A stretch of 64,000 nt of DNA from Acholeplasma sp. (GTDB lineage Bacteria; Bacillota_I; Bacilli_A; Acholeplasmatales; Acholeplasmataceae): contig DUPY01000025.1 in assembly GCA_012838065.1 (NCBI GenBank), positions 21,785-85,784 of the forward strand, in the 5' to 3' direction. Shown one piece after another: positions 24,895 through 34,218 of the stretch. The notes beneath the pieces are model-generated. The model did not search any database, had not been told where the DNA came from, and saw only the letters and a list, made by a program, of their open reading frames with translations. The position numbers and the translations under genes were made by a program. Within the stretch, counting starts at the first letter, position 1; each line of letters opens with the position of its first letter.

Positions 24895-27454
24895 ATGCTT
24901 TTAGTTTTTCTAAAACATCGTTGTATTGTTTTTGATAAACCTGATGTTTTTCTTTTTCTTCCTCAATTTTTTCTTTTGGTGCTTTAACTAAAAATTTTTC
25001 ATTACTTAACATACTTTCAGAACGTTTTATTTCTTGTTCAAGCTTTGATTTAAGTTTTAATAATTGTTCTTTTTCTTTTTCAGGATCAACTAAGTCACGT
25101 TTTAAAATATGAATTTCTGCATGTTTGCTTAAAACAAGAATTGTATCTTCTTTTGAACTTAATGTTTTTTCAATAACTAAGTTATTGGCTGCTAAGAACT
25201 TTCTCAAGTACACTTCTTGAGTTATTAATTTCTTATAGTATTCATCACTTTCAATTACAATGTGAATATCTAACGGTTTTGAAGGTGTTACTTGATGTTC
25301 ACTTCTTAAATTACGTACTCTAGTAATAATTTCCATAACTTCATTAAAGTATTGAATAGCCGCCTCATTAACGATGCCTTTTGTTGGCCATGAAGCACGC
25401 ATAATTGTCTTTTCATCGCTAACTTCTAAGAATAGTTTTTCTGTAACAAACGGAATAAATGGATGCATGAGTTTTAAAACTGCGCGCAATACAGTAAGTA
25501 ATACAGCTTGACTATTTTTGCGTGATTTATCTTCTTGCAAACTAACTTTAGAAAACTCTACATGCCAACTTGCAAACTCATCCCAAATGAAGTTATATAA
25601 CACACGAGCAACTTCACCGAATTCATATTTTTCATAGTAGTTATCTGCTTCTTCAATAACTAAAGATAGACGACTTAAAATCCAAGTGTCATGCAGTTCA
25701 ACATCCCCATCAACTTCAAGCGTTTTGTCTTGAACATTCATTAGTACGAAGCGTGTAATATTCCATAGTTTATTAATGAAATTCCAACTTGACTCAACTT
25801 TTTCAGTATCATATCGAAGGTCCGCACCTGGTGCCGAATTTGTTGTTAAGAAATAACGTAATGCGTCAACACCATATGTATCGATAACATCCATTGGATC
25901 AACACCATTGCCGAGCGATTTGCTCATTTTACGTCCTTGACTATCACGAATAAGACCGTGGATTAAAACTTGTTTAAACGGGTCTTTTCCGGTGAATTTA
26001 CGACCTTGGAAAATCATTCGAGCGACCCAGAAAAAAATGATGTCGTAACCTGTTACCATTAAATCGTTTGGATAAAAACGCTTAAAGTCTTCTGTTTTAT
26101 TTGGCCATCCAAGCGTTGAAAAAGGCCATAGAGCACTTGAAAACCATGTGTCTAAGACATCTTCATCTTGAACCCAGCCCTCGCCTGGCGAATCAACTTG
26201 AACTTTAACTTCTTCATCCTTATACCACGCTGGAATACGGTGCCCCCACCATAATTGACGACTGACACACCAGTCTTGTGTATTTGTCATCCAGTTTTTA
26301 AAGATTTTTTCAAAACGGCTTGGAACAAACTCAACATTTGAATGTAGTGCATCTTTTGCTAGTTCATCCATTTTCAAGAACCATTGAAGTGATAATCTTG
26401 GTTCTACTACAACACCTGTTCTTTCACTATAACCAATGGATGTATGATAATCTTCGATTTTTTCAACAAGTCCTTGAACTTCTAAATCAGCAATGATTTG
26501 TTGTCTAGCTTCGAAACGATCAAGTCCGTTGTATTTACCACTCATTTCATTCATTGTGCCATCTTCGTTCATACAAAGTGGCATTTCTAAATTGTGGCGT
26601 TCTCCAACCATAAAGTCGTTAGGGTCATGTGCTGGTGTTACTTTAACAACCCCAGTACCAAAAGTCATATCTACATAGTTATCAGTAATCACTGGTATTT
26701 CGGTTTTTGTATTTGGAATGTATACTTTTTTACCAACAAATTTTTGATAACGTTTATCATCTGGATGTACCATGAGTGCTTGGTCTGCAAACATTGTTTC
26801 AGGACGTGTTGTAGCGATAACTAAATAGCCACTTTCATCAACAAATGGGTATCTAAAATAATATAATTTTGCCATTTGTTCAACGTATTCTACTTCAATA
26901 TTTGATAGTGCAGTTTTCGCTTCAACATCCCAGTTAATAATGCGATTACCACGGTAAATTAATCCTTCGTTGTATAATGTAATAAAAACGTGGTTTACTG
27001 CTTGATTAAGCCCCTCATCCAAAGTGAAACGTTCACGATCATAGTCAACACTTATACCTAATGCTGCCCATTGGTTTGCAATATGATTTGCATATTCATG
27101 TTTCCATGCCCAAGCTGTTTCTAAAAATTTTTCTCGTCCTAAATCATAGCGTGAAACACCTTGACTACGTAGTCGTTCATCAACTTTTGCCTGAGTTGCA
27201 ATACCTGCATGGTCCATTCCTGGTAAATATAACGCATCATAACCTTGCATACGTTTTCTACGTATGACGATATCTTGCAATGTGTTGTCCCAAGCGTGTC
27301 CTAAATGTAGTTTTCCAGTAACGTTAGGTGGTGGAATGACGATAGTAAACGGAACTGCTTTTGGTCTATCCGCTTTAAAATATCCATTTTCTTTCCATAT
27401 TTTATATCGATCTTTTTCAACTTCTTTAAAGTCGTATTTTGTTGCTAGTTTCAT
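24887..27454 (-). CDS. valS: Valine--tRNA ligase
   Basis: PPPNVTGKLHLGHA (HIGH), KMSKSLGN (KMSKS), an editing-domain insertion and a C-terminal coiled coil. 855 aa. Confidence 0.97.
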   Translation of the reverse strand: MKLATKYDFKEVEKDRYKIWKENGYFKADRPKAVPFTIVIPPPNVTGKLHLGHAWDNTLQDIVIRRKRMQGYDALYLPGMDHAGIATQAKVDERLRSQGVSRYDLGREKFLETAWAWKHEYANHIANQWAALGISVDYDRERFTLDEGLNQAVNHVFITLYNEGLIYRGNRIINWDVEAKTALSNIEVEYVEQMAKLYYFRYPFVDESGYLVIATTRPETMFADQALMVHPDDKRYQKFVGKKVYIPNTKTEIPVITDNYVDMTFGTGVVKVTPAHDPNDFMVGERHNLEMPLCMNEDGTMNEMSGKYNGLDRFEARQQIIADLEVQGLVEKIEDYHTSIGYSERTGVVVEPRLSLQWFLKMDELAKDALHSNVEFVPSRFEKIFKNWMTNTQDWCVSRQLWWGHRIPAWYKDEEVKVQVDSPGEGWVQDEDVLDTWFSSALWPFSTLGWPNKTEDFKRFYPNDLMVTGYDIIFFWVARMIFQGRKFTGKDPFKQVLIHGLIRDSQGRKMSKSLGNGVDPMDVIDTYGVDALRYFLTTNSAPGADLRYDTEKVESSWNFINKLWNITRFVLMNVQDKTLEVDGDVELHDTWILSRLSLVIEEADNYYEKYEFGEVARVLYNFIWDEFASWHVEFSKVSLQEDKSRKNSQAVLLTVLRAVLKLMHPFIPFVTEKLFLEVSDEKTIMRASWPTKGIVNEAAIQYFNEVMEIITRVRNLRSEHQVTPSKPLDIHIVIESDEYYKKLITQEVYLRKFLAANNLVIEKTLSSKEDTILVLSKHAEIHILKRDLVDPEKEKEQLLKLKSKLEQEIKRSESMLSNEKFLVKAPKEKIEEEKEKHQVYQKQYNDVLEKLKAYV

Positions 27455-27988
27455 TTACATTACCCCTTTAAAATAATCTTCTTTCCATATTTCATACATA
27501 AAAACTTCAACATCATCACCTTTGTAGTCTTTACGAATATCACTGCCATAGCGTTTAAAACCGAGTTTCTCAATGACGCGCTTCGAGCGCTTATTCTCTG
27601 CCGTATGGCCACAGACAATTCGGTTGAGTCCTAGATTTGTAAATCCATAGTTAATAACAGATGTCGCAGCTTCGGTCATCAAACCTTGATTCCAATAGGT
27701 GTCATCAAGTGTATAACCCAACTCCTTTGTTTTACTAAAAAAGTAATCATCTTTTTTCGTTACTAAACTAATAGTTCCTACAATAACATCAAAAGGTTTA
27801 ATGGTAATTGCGAATGTTTCGTTTTCTTCAATCATCATTTTAATAATTAGCTTTGTTTCATCGATGTTTCTATGTGGAGCCCAACCAGCGTTTGGTCCAA
27901 CATTCGGTTTACGTGCATAATAAAACATGCCTAAGGCATCTGATTTTCGAATCTTTCTAATAATCATTCTTTCTGTTTCAATTTGCAT
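27455..27988 (-). CDS. GNAT family N-acetyltransferase (RimJ/RimL-like)
   Basis: ETERMIIRKIRKSD N-terminus typical of the RimJ/L subgroup, and the acetyl-CoA motif region NKRSKRVIEKLGF. I place the start at ATG 27988 (MQIETE), preceded by GGGTGA-tttct. The stop abuts the valS start. Confidence 0.8.
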   Translation of the reverse strand: MQIETERMIIRKIRKSDALGMFYYARKPNVGPNAGWAPHRNIDETKLIIKMMIEENETFAITIKPFDVIVGTISLVTKKDDYFFSKTKELGYTLDDTYWNQGLMTEAATSVINYGFTNLGLNRIVCGHTAENKRSKRVIEKLGFKRYGSDIRKDYKGDDVEVFMYEIWKEDYFKGVM

Positions 27989-28005
27989 AGAAATCACCCT
28001 TTATA

Positions 28006-28200
28006 AAAGAAAAAGTCCTTAGAATCATCTAAGGGCGAATATATCGCGGTACCACCTTAGTTCTAGAACATATTAAAAGTTCTAGCACTCCATTTGTTTC
28101 AAGCTCCAAGGCTACCTTCAAATAGGACACTCAGATTTTTCACCAACCAATCTGTCTCTAAAAACTATCGCTATTTTACTCTTCCTCTTCATTGCTTACG
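28006..28200 (-). promoter_or_regulatory. T-box riboswitch leader (valine-type by context) controlling GNAT-valS-folC
   Basis: The minus strand shows stem I elements (GAAGAGUA, AGAGA, GGUGAAA). The conserved T-box sequence AACUAAGGUGGUACCGCG lies at forward 28045-28062. The alternative pairing CUAAGG / CCUUAG / CUAAGG gives antiterminator and terminator forms, followed by UUUUUCUUUU. The candidate specifier GUA (Val, 28113-28115) lies in GAAGGUAG next to the lower helix. A GGU reading is not excluded. Confidence 0.85.
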
Positions 28201-28203
28201 AAC

Positions 28204-28232
28204 ATTTTAACACAAACAAAAAAGTTTGTAAA
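28204..28232 (-). promoter_or_regulatory. Promoter of the T-box leader
   Basis: Minus strand: TTTACA-17 nt-TAAAAT with a TGt extended -10. It lies directly after the PPTase stop codon. Confidence 0.55.
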
Positions 28233-28868
28233 TCAATATATGTCCAATAGTGATGTTTCCGTAACATCGTGCCAAGTATAATCAACGGTTTTCTTTGAAA
28301 CAAGTGACATGACATAGCGTTCGTTCATATGTTGTTTCAATAAATATACTTCATCATTATACGTCATTCGACCTAATTGTAAATCTGTATCTATTAGTTT
28401 CATATCCATCGTTACAGATCCACCAATCATTTTTATTAATGCTTCTTTAGCCGTCCATAGTTGATATAAGTAATAAGGCTTATTTGTATCATTTAGTTCT
28501 TTATATGTTTGATACTCTTTGTCACTCATAAATCGTTTCGCTAATTTTTCATTATTTTCACCAATAATTTCCATATCAATGCCAACTTCATGCTCACTTA
28601 CGGCAATCATATAAATTGGGTTTGAGTGTGTTACAGAAAAATTAACACCATTATCAAGATACGGTTTACCATTTTTCGTAGTTTTAATATTTAATGGTAA
28701 CGTAACCTCTTGATGTTTAGAAAGCGCATAAATCAATAATAATTCCGTCCAAACGGATTGTATAGTGTAGTTTTCACTTGCCCCTAATATTTTAGCTTTT
28801 CGATATTCACTTAAAAAAGTTGGCGGCGTCAAAGGATTTGTCGCTTCAAAACGATAAACGTGTATCAC
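28233..28868 (-). CDS. Sfp-type 4'-phosphopantetheinyl transferase
   Basis: NFSVTHSN, VGIDMEII and WTAKEALIKMIGG, the three Sfp-family motifs. About 210 aa, the two-lobed Sfp size rather than the 120-aa AcpS size. GTG start 8 nt after AGGAGG. Confidence 0.85.
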   Translation of the reverse strand: MIHVYRFEATNPLTPPTFLSEYRKAKILGASENYTIQSVWTELLLIYALSKHQEVTLPLNIKTTKNGKPYLDNGVNFSVTHSNPIYMIAVSEHEVGIDMEIIGENNEKLAKRFMSDKEYQTYKELNDTNKPYYLYQLWTAKEALIKMIGGSVTMDMKLIDTDLQLGRMTYNDEVYLLKQHMNERYVMSLVSKKTVDYTWHDVTETSLLDIY

Positions 28869-28893
28869 TGCTTATACCTCCTAGATCATCTCA

Positions 28894-29742
28894 TTATTTT
28901 ACAATGTATAGTATACCTATGGTTCCAGGACCACAATGGCTTGAAATTACACAACCAGCTTCTGTAACAAATAACTTGTTAGGTTTTAGTTTTTGATTAA
29001 CAATTTCTGACATGTAATCAACATGTTTTCCCGCTTGCGAATGTGTAATCATCACATAATCTAAATCAATTTGCTCACCTAGATTAATATAATCCGTTAG
29101 CATAACATCAAGAGCACGTGACATTTTACCCATAGTTTTGGTGTAAACATCCATTTTTCCATCACGCACTTGAATGATTGGTTTAATTCTTAACATCGTT
29201 CCAAGTAATTTTGCTGTCCCACTTGCGCGTCCACCTTTGTGTAGGTAATCTAGCGTTTTAACCGCAAACTGACTTCGCACTTTAGGTACAATTTCTAATA
29301 ATCTATCTTTAATATCACTTGCACTTAATCCTTGGTCTCTTAAATCACATGCTTTTAAAACAAGTAAACCAATACCTGTCGATAAGTTTTTAGAATCCAC
29401 TAAATAAATTCTATTTTCCGGAAACTCTAGGCTTGCTATATGTGCGCTTTGGAACGTTCCAGATAAAGATGAGCCAATACCGGTGTAGATAATGTCATAA
29501 CCATCTTTTATTAATGGTTCAAATGCTTCGATAAAATCACCAGGTGAAACGGCTGATGTCTTTGGAATTTCGTTTTTTTGTTCAACCAGTTCGTATAGCC
29601 TATCGGTAGTTATATCAATACCATCGCGATATATATCTTCACCAAAGCGTACATAAAGTGGTAGAACTTTTATATTGCGTGATTCGATGATTTCTTTACT
29701 CAAGTCACAAGTTGAATCTGTGATTATAGCTACTTTATTCAT
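28894..29742 (-). CDS. DegV family fatty-acid-binding protein
   Basis: VAIITDSTCDL N-terminus, SSLSGTFQSA, and a typical DegV length of 282 aa. Confidence 0.9.
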   Translation of the reverse strand: MNKVAIITDSTCDLSKEIIESRNIKVLPLYVRFGEDIYRDGIDITTDRLYELVEQKNEIPKTSAVSPGDFIEAFEPLIKDGYDIIYTGIGSSLSGTFQSAHIASLEFPENRIYLVDSKNLSTGIGLLVLKACDLRDQGLSASDIKDRLLEIVPKVRSQFAVKTLDYLHKGGRASGTAKLLGTMLRIKPIIQVRDGKMDVYTKTMGKMSRALDVMLTDYINLGEQIDLDYVMITHSQAGKHVDYMSEIVNQKLKPNKLFVTEAGCVISSHCGPGTIGILYIVK

Positions 29743-29747
29743 CTTAT

Positions 29748-30317
29748 TTAAAACCCTTCCATAATACGTATTCTAATGTCATCTAAACCTTGTTTTTCAA
29801 GATTTGAAATCGCATATATATCTATTTTATCATGAAATTTCATTTTAATGTCTTTCATTTGTTTATATTGCTTTGTTTTAGGGATTTTATCCAATTTTGT
29901 TGCGATAACAATTGGTGTATGACCGAGTGATTTTACAAATTCACAAGTTTCTAAATCTAAAGTTGTTGGTCCAACTTTAAAATCAATTAATAAACAAACA
30001 AGTTTTAAATTTGATGCATTCATTAAAATGTTTTCAAGCATTATAACAAAATTATCTTGGTCTGTTTTTGAACGTTTTGCATATCCATATCCAGGCGCAT
30101 CAACTAAGTAAAATGTATCATCAATTAAATAATAGTTTAAGACTACTGTTTTACCTGGAGTTTGTGATGTGCGCGCTAAACTCTTTCGATTCGTAATTGA
30201 ATTGATAAAAGAACTTTTACCTACATTACTACGACCAAGCAATAAAACAATCGGTCTTGAATCCGGTTGGTCTTTAATATCGGTTAATCCTTTAATATAT
30301 TTTGCGTTTTGAAACAT
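29748..30317 (-). CDS. engB: Ribosome biogenesis GTPase YsxC/EngB
   Basis: GRSNVGKSSFIN (G1), DAPGYGYA (G3), TKLDK (G4). Lies downstream of lon, as in Bacillus. Confidence 0.9.
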   Translation of the reverse strand: MFQNAKYIKGLTDIKDQPDSRPIVLLLGRSNVGKSSFINSITNRKSLARTSQTPGKTVVLNYYLIDDTFYLVDAPGYGYAKRSKTDQDNFVIMLENILMNASNLKLVCLLIDFKVGPTTLDLETCEFVKSLGHTPIVIATKLDKIPKTKQYKQMKDIKMKFHDKIDIYAISNLEKQGLDDIRIRIMEGF

Positions 30318-30330
30318 AATTTCCCCCCAA

Positions 30331-30358
30331 ATAAAAAAAGTAGCATTAATGCTACTTT
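30331..30358 (-). terminator. Rho-independent terminator after lon
   Basis: AGTAGCAT-TAATGCTACT palindromic hairpin followed by T7 on the minus strand. Confidence 0.7.
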
Positions 30359-30367
30359 CATTATACT

Positions 30368-32677
30368 TTATTTTAAGACTTTTGAAAACACATCAGCGAC
30401 ATTTTCAACCGCAATGATCTCTAATGCACTCTTAACTTCTTCCGGAATATCTGCGATATCACGTTCGTTTTCTTTTGGAATTAAGATTGTTTTAAGTCCA
30501 CTTCTATGTGCTGCGATTGATTTTTCTTTCAATCCACCAATTGGTAAGACATAGCCTCGTAATGTAATTTCGCCTGTCATCCCAATTTCTTTTCGAACAA
30601 TTTTATGTGTAAGTGCTGATAAGATTGCAGTCGCAATTGTAATACCCGCTGATGGACCATCTTTTGGTACAGCTCCTTCAGGTACGTGAACATGCACATC
30701 ATTTGTTTTAAAAATCTCTGGGTCAATGCCGTATTTATCGGCATTAGATTTCACATATGAGAGTGCCGTTTGTGCACTTTCTTTCATAACATCCCCAAGT
30801 TTACCTGTGAGTACAAGTTGTCCATTTCCTTTGTAGTATGTAACTTCAACAGGTAATGTATCACCACCGTATTGTGTGTATGCTAAACCTGTAACAACAC
30901 CAACTTGTTCTTTTTCTTCAGCAATATTATGGACAAATTTAGGTTTGCCAATATATTTTTCAATATTGTCAACATCAATTTTCACATGTTCAACTTTTGA
31001 TATTAAAATTTCTTTAATTGCTTTTCGAATAAGTGCTCCAATATAACGGTTTAATTCACGAACACCAGCTTCTCTTGTATAGTGTCTTATGATGTAATAT
31101 ATTGCATCACTTGTAACTTCAAATTCTTTTTCTGAAATGCCATGAGCTTGAAGTTGCTTACGAATTAAGTGACGTTTTGCAATTTCATGTTTTTCATGTT
31201 CCGTATAACTTGATAATTCAACTACTTCCATACGGTCTCTAAGTGGTGCCGGTACATTTTCTAAGTAATTTGCTGTTGTAATAAATAACACTTGGGATAA
31301 ATCGTATGGTTCTTCTAAATAGTGGTCAGAAAATCTTGCGTTTTGTTCTGGATCTAAAACTTCAAGCATTGCAGATGCTGGATCACCTTTATAGTCAGAT
31401 GCCATTTTATCGATTTCATCAAGTAAGAAGACAGGATTCATTGTTCCAGCATCTTTCATACCTTTTAAAATACGGCCTGGCATTGCACCAATATACGTTC
31501 TTCTATGTCCACGAATTTCCGACTCATCTTTCACGCCACCAAGTGATTGTTTAACAAATTTACGATTTAATGCTTCAGCAATTGAAATCGCTAATGATGT
31601 TTTACCAACTCCTGGAGGCCCTGCAAGACAAAGAATTGTCTGTGGATTGCGTTTTGTCATAATTTTAACAGCTAAGTACTCGATAATGCGGTCCTTAACT
31701 TGCTCTAAGCCATAATGGTTTTCATCCAATTTGCTTTGCACAAGTTTTAAATCATTTGAATCTTTGCTTTGCTCATGCCATGGTAAAGCTACTAAAAAAT
31801 CTAAGTATGTTTTTATAATGTTTGACTCTGCCATTGCTGACGGAGTTGATTGATAACGTGATAATTCTTGTAATGCTTTTTCTTCAATATCCTTTGGCAT
31901 TTTCGCAGCTAGGATTTTATTTCTCAACTCATCAATTTCTTCTTCACGTTTAGCTTTATCACCCAATTCATTTTGAATTGCGCGCATTTTTTCTCTTAAA
32001 TAGTACTCTTTTTGATTTTCATCAATTGAGCGTTTAACTTCCTCATTGATTTTTTGTTCTAATTCAATGATCATTTTTTGTTTGTTGATGTCTTCTAAAA
32101 GTTGTCTTAATCGTTTGTTAAGATTTGGTTCCTTAACATAGAAGTATTTATCTGTTTCATTCATCTTCAAATTATTGACAATTAAATCCGCAAGTTTATC
32201 AGCACTTAACCCTTGTTTGACTTTTTCAATAACGTTGTTATTTGGAATTAACAATGTTGGTGCGTTACTAACAACTTCAGATACAATCATCTTGACTAGA
32301 GTCATTTCTTCATCTGAATCAGAGACTTCCGTTTCAATTTCATCGTATTCTACAACAAAATATGGGTTCGTTAAGAAATAATCTTTAACTTTCACTCTAG
32401 AAATAACATTAAATTTAACTTTGTAGTTATCGCTAGGTAATTTAATCTTCATTGCAACTTTTGCCAAAACACCATATTCTTCGATATCTTCTGGTGCAGG
32501 TGATTCAATTAAAGGATTTTTTTGGATTAAGATGATGACATACTTTTCAAAGTTCGTTTCAGCTTCCTCAATCGCCTTAAGTGAAATTTTGCGGCCTACT
32601 TCAATTCTAAAATCATTGTTTGGAATCGGAGTTGTTCCACGAACAACTACAGCCGGTAAATTTTTGTAAAGTTCCAT
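30368..32677 (-). CDS. lon: ATP-dependent Lon protease (LonA)
   Basis: LON N-domain, AAA+ motifs ([20 protein letters not shown]), and a protease domain with [10 protein letters not shown] (catalytic Ser) and GGLKEK (Lys). Confidence 0.97.
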   Translation of the reverse strand: MELYKNLPAVVVRGTTPIPNNDFRIEVGRKISLKAIEEAETNFEKYVIILIQKNPLIESPAPEDIEEYGVLAKVAMKIKLPSDNYKVKFNVISRVKVKDYFLTNPYFVVEYDEIETEVSDSDEEMTLVKMIVSEVVSNAPTLLIPNNNVIEKVKQGLSADKLADLIVNNLKMNETDKYFYVKEPNLNKRLRQLLEDINKQKMIIELEQKINEEVKRSIDENQKEYYLREKMRAIQNELGDKAKREEEIDELRNKILAAKMPKDIEEKALQELSRYQSTPSAMAESNIIKTYLDFLVALPWHEQSKDSNDLKLVQSKLDENHYGLEQVKDRIIEYLAVKIMTKRNPQTILCLAGPPGVGKTSLAISIAEALNRKFVKQSLGGVKDESEIRGHRRTYIGAMPGRILKGMKDAGTMNPVFLLDEIDKMASDYKGDPASAMLEVLDPEQNARFSDHYLEEPYDLSQVLFITTANYLENVPAPLRDRMEVVELSSYTEHEKHEIAKRHLIRKQLQAHGISEKEFEVTSDAIYYIIRHYTREAGVRELNRYIGALIRKAIKEILISKVEHVKIDVDNIEKYIGKPKFVHNIAEEKEQVGVVTGLAYTQYGGDTLPVEVTYYKGNGQLVLTGKLGDVMKESAQTALSYVKSNADKYGIDPEIFKTNDVHVHVPEGAVPKDGPSAGITIATAILSALTHKIVRKEIGMTGEITLRGYVLPIGGLKEKSIAAHRSGLKTILIPKENERDIADIPEEVKSALEIIAVENVADVFSKVLK

Positions 32678-32765
32678 ATTTTCACATCCTTTTTTCTACA
32701 CTCATTATATCAATAATTATTTTCATTTGCAATCAATATGAAAGAGTGCCAATTCGTTACTAATC

Positions 32766-32790
32766 AATAAGGGGCCAAAACCCCTTATTT
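32766..32790 (-). terminator. Probable terminator after tig
   Basis: AATAAGGGG-ccaaaa-CCCCTTATT GC-cored hairpin 14 nt past the tig stop. The trailing U-run on the minus strand is weak. Confidence 0.5.
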
Positions 32791-32803
32791 AACATAATTT
32801 TAC

Positions 32804-34087
32804 TTATTTTTGAACAGTATTTTCGAAAATGAAATCAACCGCTTTTGTGAATGTCACATCTTGTTCAACCATTTCTGGACGGATGTATTTTTTAATTTCT
32901 TCAACTGGCATTTGGTATTGACTTGCTAATTCTTCATACTTTTTAGCTACATCTTCAGCTGGTGCAGTAATGTTTTCTTTTTTAGCGATAGCTTCAATAA
33001 CTAATGTGTTTAAGATTCTTAACTTTGCGTCTTCCCCAAGTTGAGTTTCAAATGTTTCTTTATCTAATCCTGATAAGCTAATGTACATATCGTATTCAAT
33101 ACCATACTGTTTTGCTTGTCTTTTGATATTTTCTTTCGCTTGTTTGATTTCGTAGTCAATCATTTCTTGTGGAATGTCAACTTGCGCATTCGCTGTAATT
33201 ACTTTGAGAGCCTCATCTAATGTTAAGTTTTTGTTGTCTGATTTTCTTTGTTGTTCTAAAGTTTCTCTAATTGAAGTTTTTAAAGCATCAACTGTTTCAA
33301 CGCCTTCACGATTTAATGTTTTAACCCATTCATCCGTTAATTCTGCGCCAACTTTAGTTTTAATTTCGTGTAGCTTAACTTTGAATACTGCAGGTTTACC
33401 AGCTAATTCATCTGAATGATATTGTTCTGGGAATGTTACGTTCACATCACGTTCTTCGCCAACTTTTAAGCCAAGCATACCATCTTCAAATCCTGGAATG
33501 AATTGACCTGAACCAATTTCTAAACTGTAGTTTTCAGCTTTTCCACCTTCAAATGCAACGCCATCAGTAAATCCTTCAAAATCAAAGACAGCAGTGTCAC
33601 CTTTTTCTAAAACACCTTCTGTTTTAGGTTCTAATACTGCATTTTGGTCTAATAAAGATTTAATTTCAGCATCAACTAAGTCTTCACTTACAACATCGTC
33701 TTTTTTAGACACTTCTATACCTTTATATTGTCCAAGTTCAACTTCTGGTTTAACTGCTACTTCAAATGCGATTGGGAAATCAACACCTCTTTGAACTAAG
33801 TTAAAATCAATGTCAACTTTTGGATCGCCGACGATTTCATATTCTTTTTGGTTGATTGCATCCGAATACTTGTGTTGTAAAACATGGTTTAATGCGTCTT
33901 CAAAAAGTGATTCAACACCAAATCTCGCTTCATAAACACTTCGAGTTACATGGCCTTTTCTAAAACCTTTAACTTCTACTTCATTTTTTATATGTTCAAA
34001 TGCATGATCTAATCCATGTTCAAATTCATCTTTAGTTACTGTAAATGAAAATTTAACACGGTTTGTTGATAATTTTTCTATTTTCAT
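32804..34087 (-). CDS. tig: Trigger factor
   Basis: GFRKGHV ribosome-binding signature, a central FKBP-type PPIase (GFIPGFEDGMLG) and a C-terminal arm domain. 427 aa. Confidence 0.95.
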   Translation of the reverse strand: MKIEKLSTNRVKFSFTVTKDEFEHGLDHAFEHIKNEVEVKGFRKGHVTRSVYEARFGVESLFEDALNHVLQHKYSDAINQKEYEIVGDPKVDIDFNLVQRGVDFPIAFEVAVKPEVELGQYKGIEVSKKDDVVSEDLVDAEIKSLLDQNAVLEPKTEGVLEKGDTAVFDFEGFTDGVAFEGGKAENYSLEIGSGQFIPGFEDGMLGLKVGEERDVNVTFPEQYHSDELAGKPAVFKVKLHEIKTKVGAELTDEWVKTLNREGVETVDALKTSIRETLEQQRKSDNKNLTLDEALKVITANAQVDIPQEMIDYEIKQAKENIKRQAKQYGIEYDMYISLSGLDKETFETQLGEDAKLRILNTLVIEAIAKKENITAPAEDVAKKYEELASQYQMPVEEIKKYIRPEMVEQDVTFTKAVDFIFENTVQK

Positions 34088-34162
34088 GGTTTACCTCCTA
34101 AATTAATAACCTTATTAATTATATCACAAAAGATATTAATATAAAGACTTATGCGAGATAGA

Positions 34163-34191
34163 TTGCAGTTTTTTTTAAATTATTGTAAAAT
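34163..34191 (+). promoter_or_regulatory. Promoter for the 373-aa GNAT-like gene
   Basis: TTGCAG-17 nt-TAAAAT, followed by GAGG and ATG 34219. Confidence 0.4.
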
Positions 34192-34218
34192 AAGTAAAAG
34201 AGAAATGAGGTAATTTAA

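Noticed and set aside
26493-27476. Cluster of 61-76-aa plus-strand ORFs inside valS
   Set aside because: All are antisense to a highly conserved, full-length valS. They lack RBSs and encode no recognisable motifs.
32741-32752. GAGTGCC upstream of lon, considered as a CIRCE (HrcA) half-site
   Set aside because: No inverted partner (GCACTC) lies at the required 9-nt spacing. No CtsR-type GGTCAAA repeat is present either.
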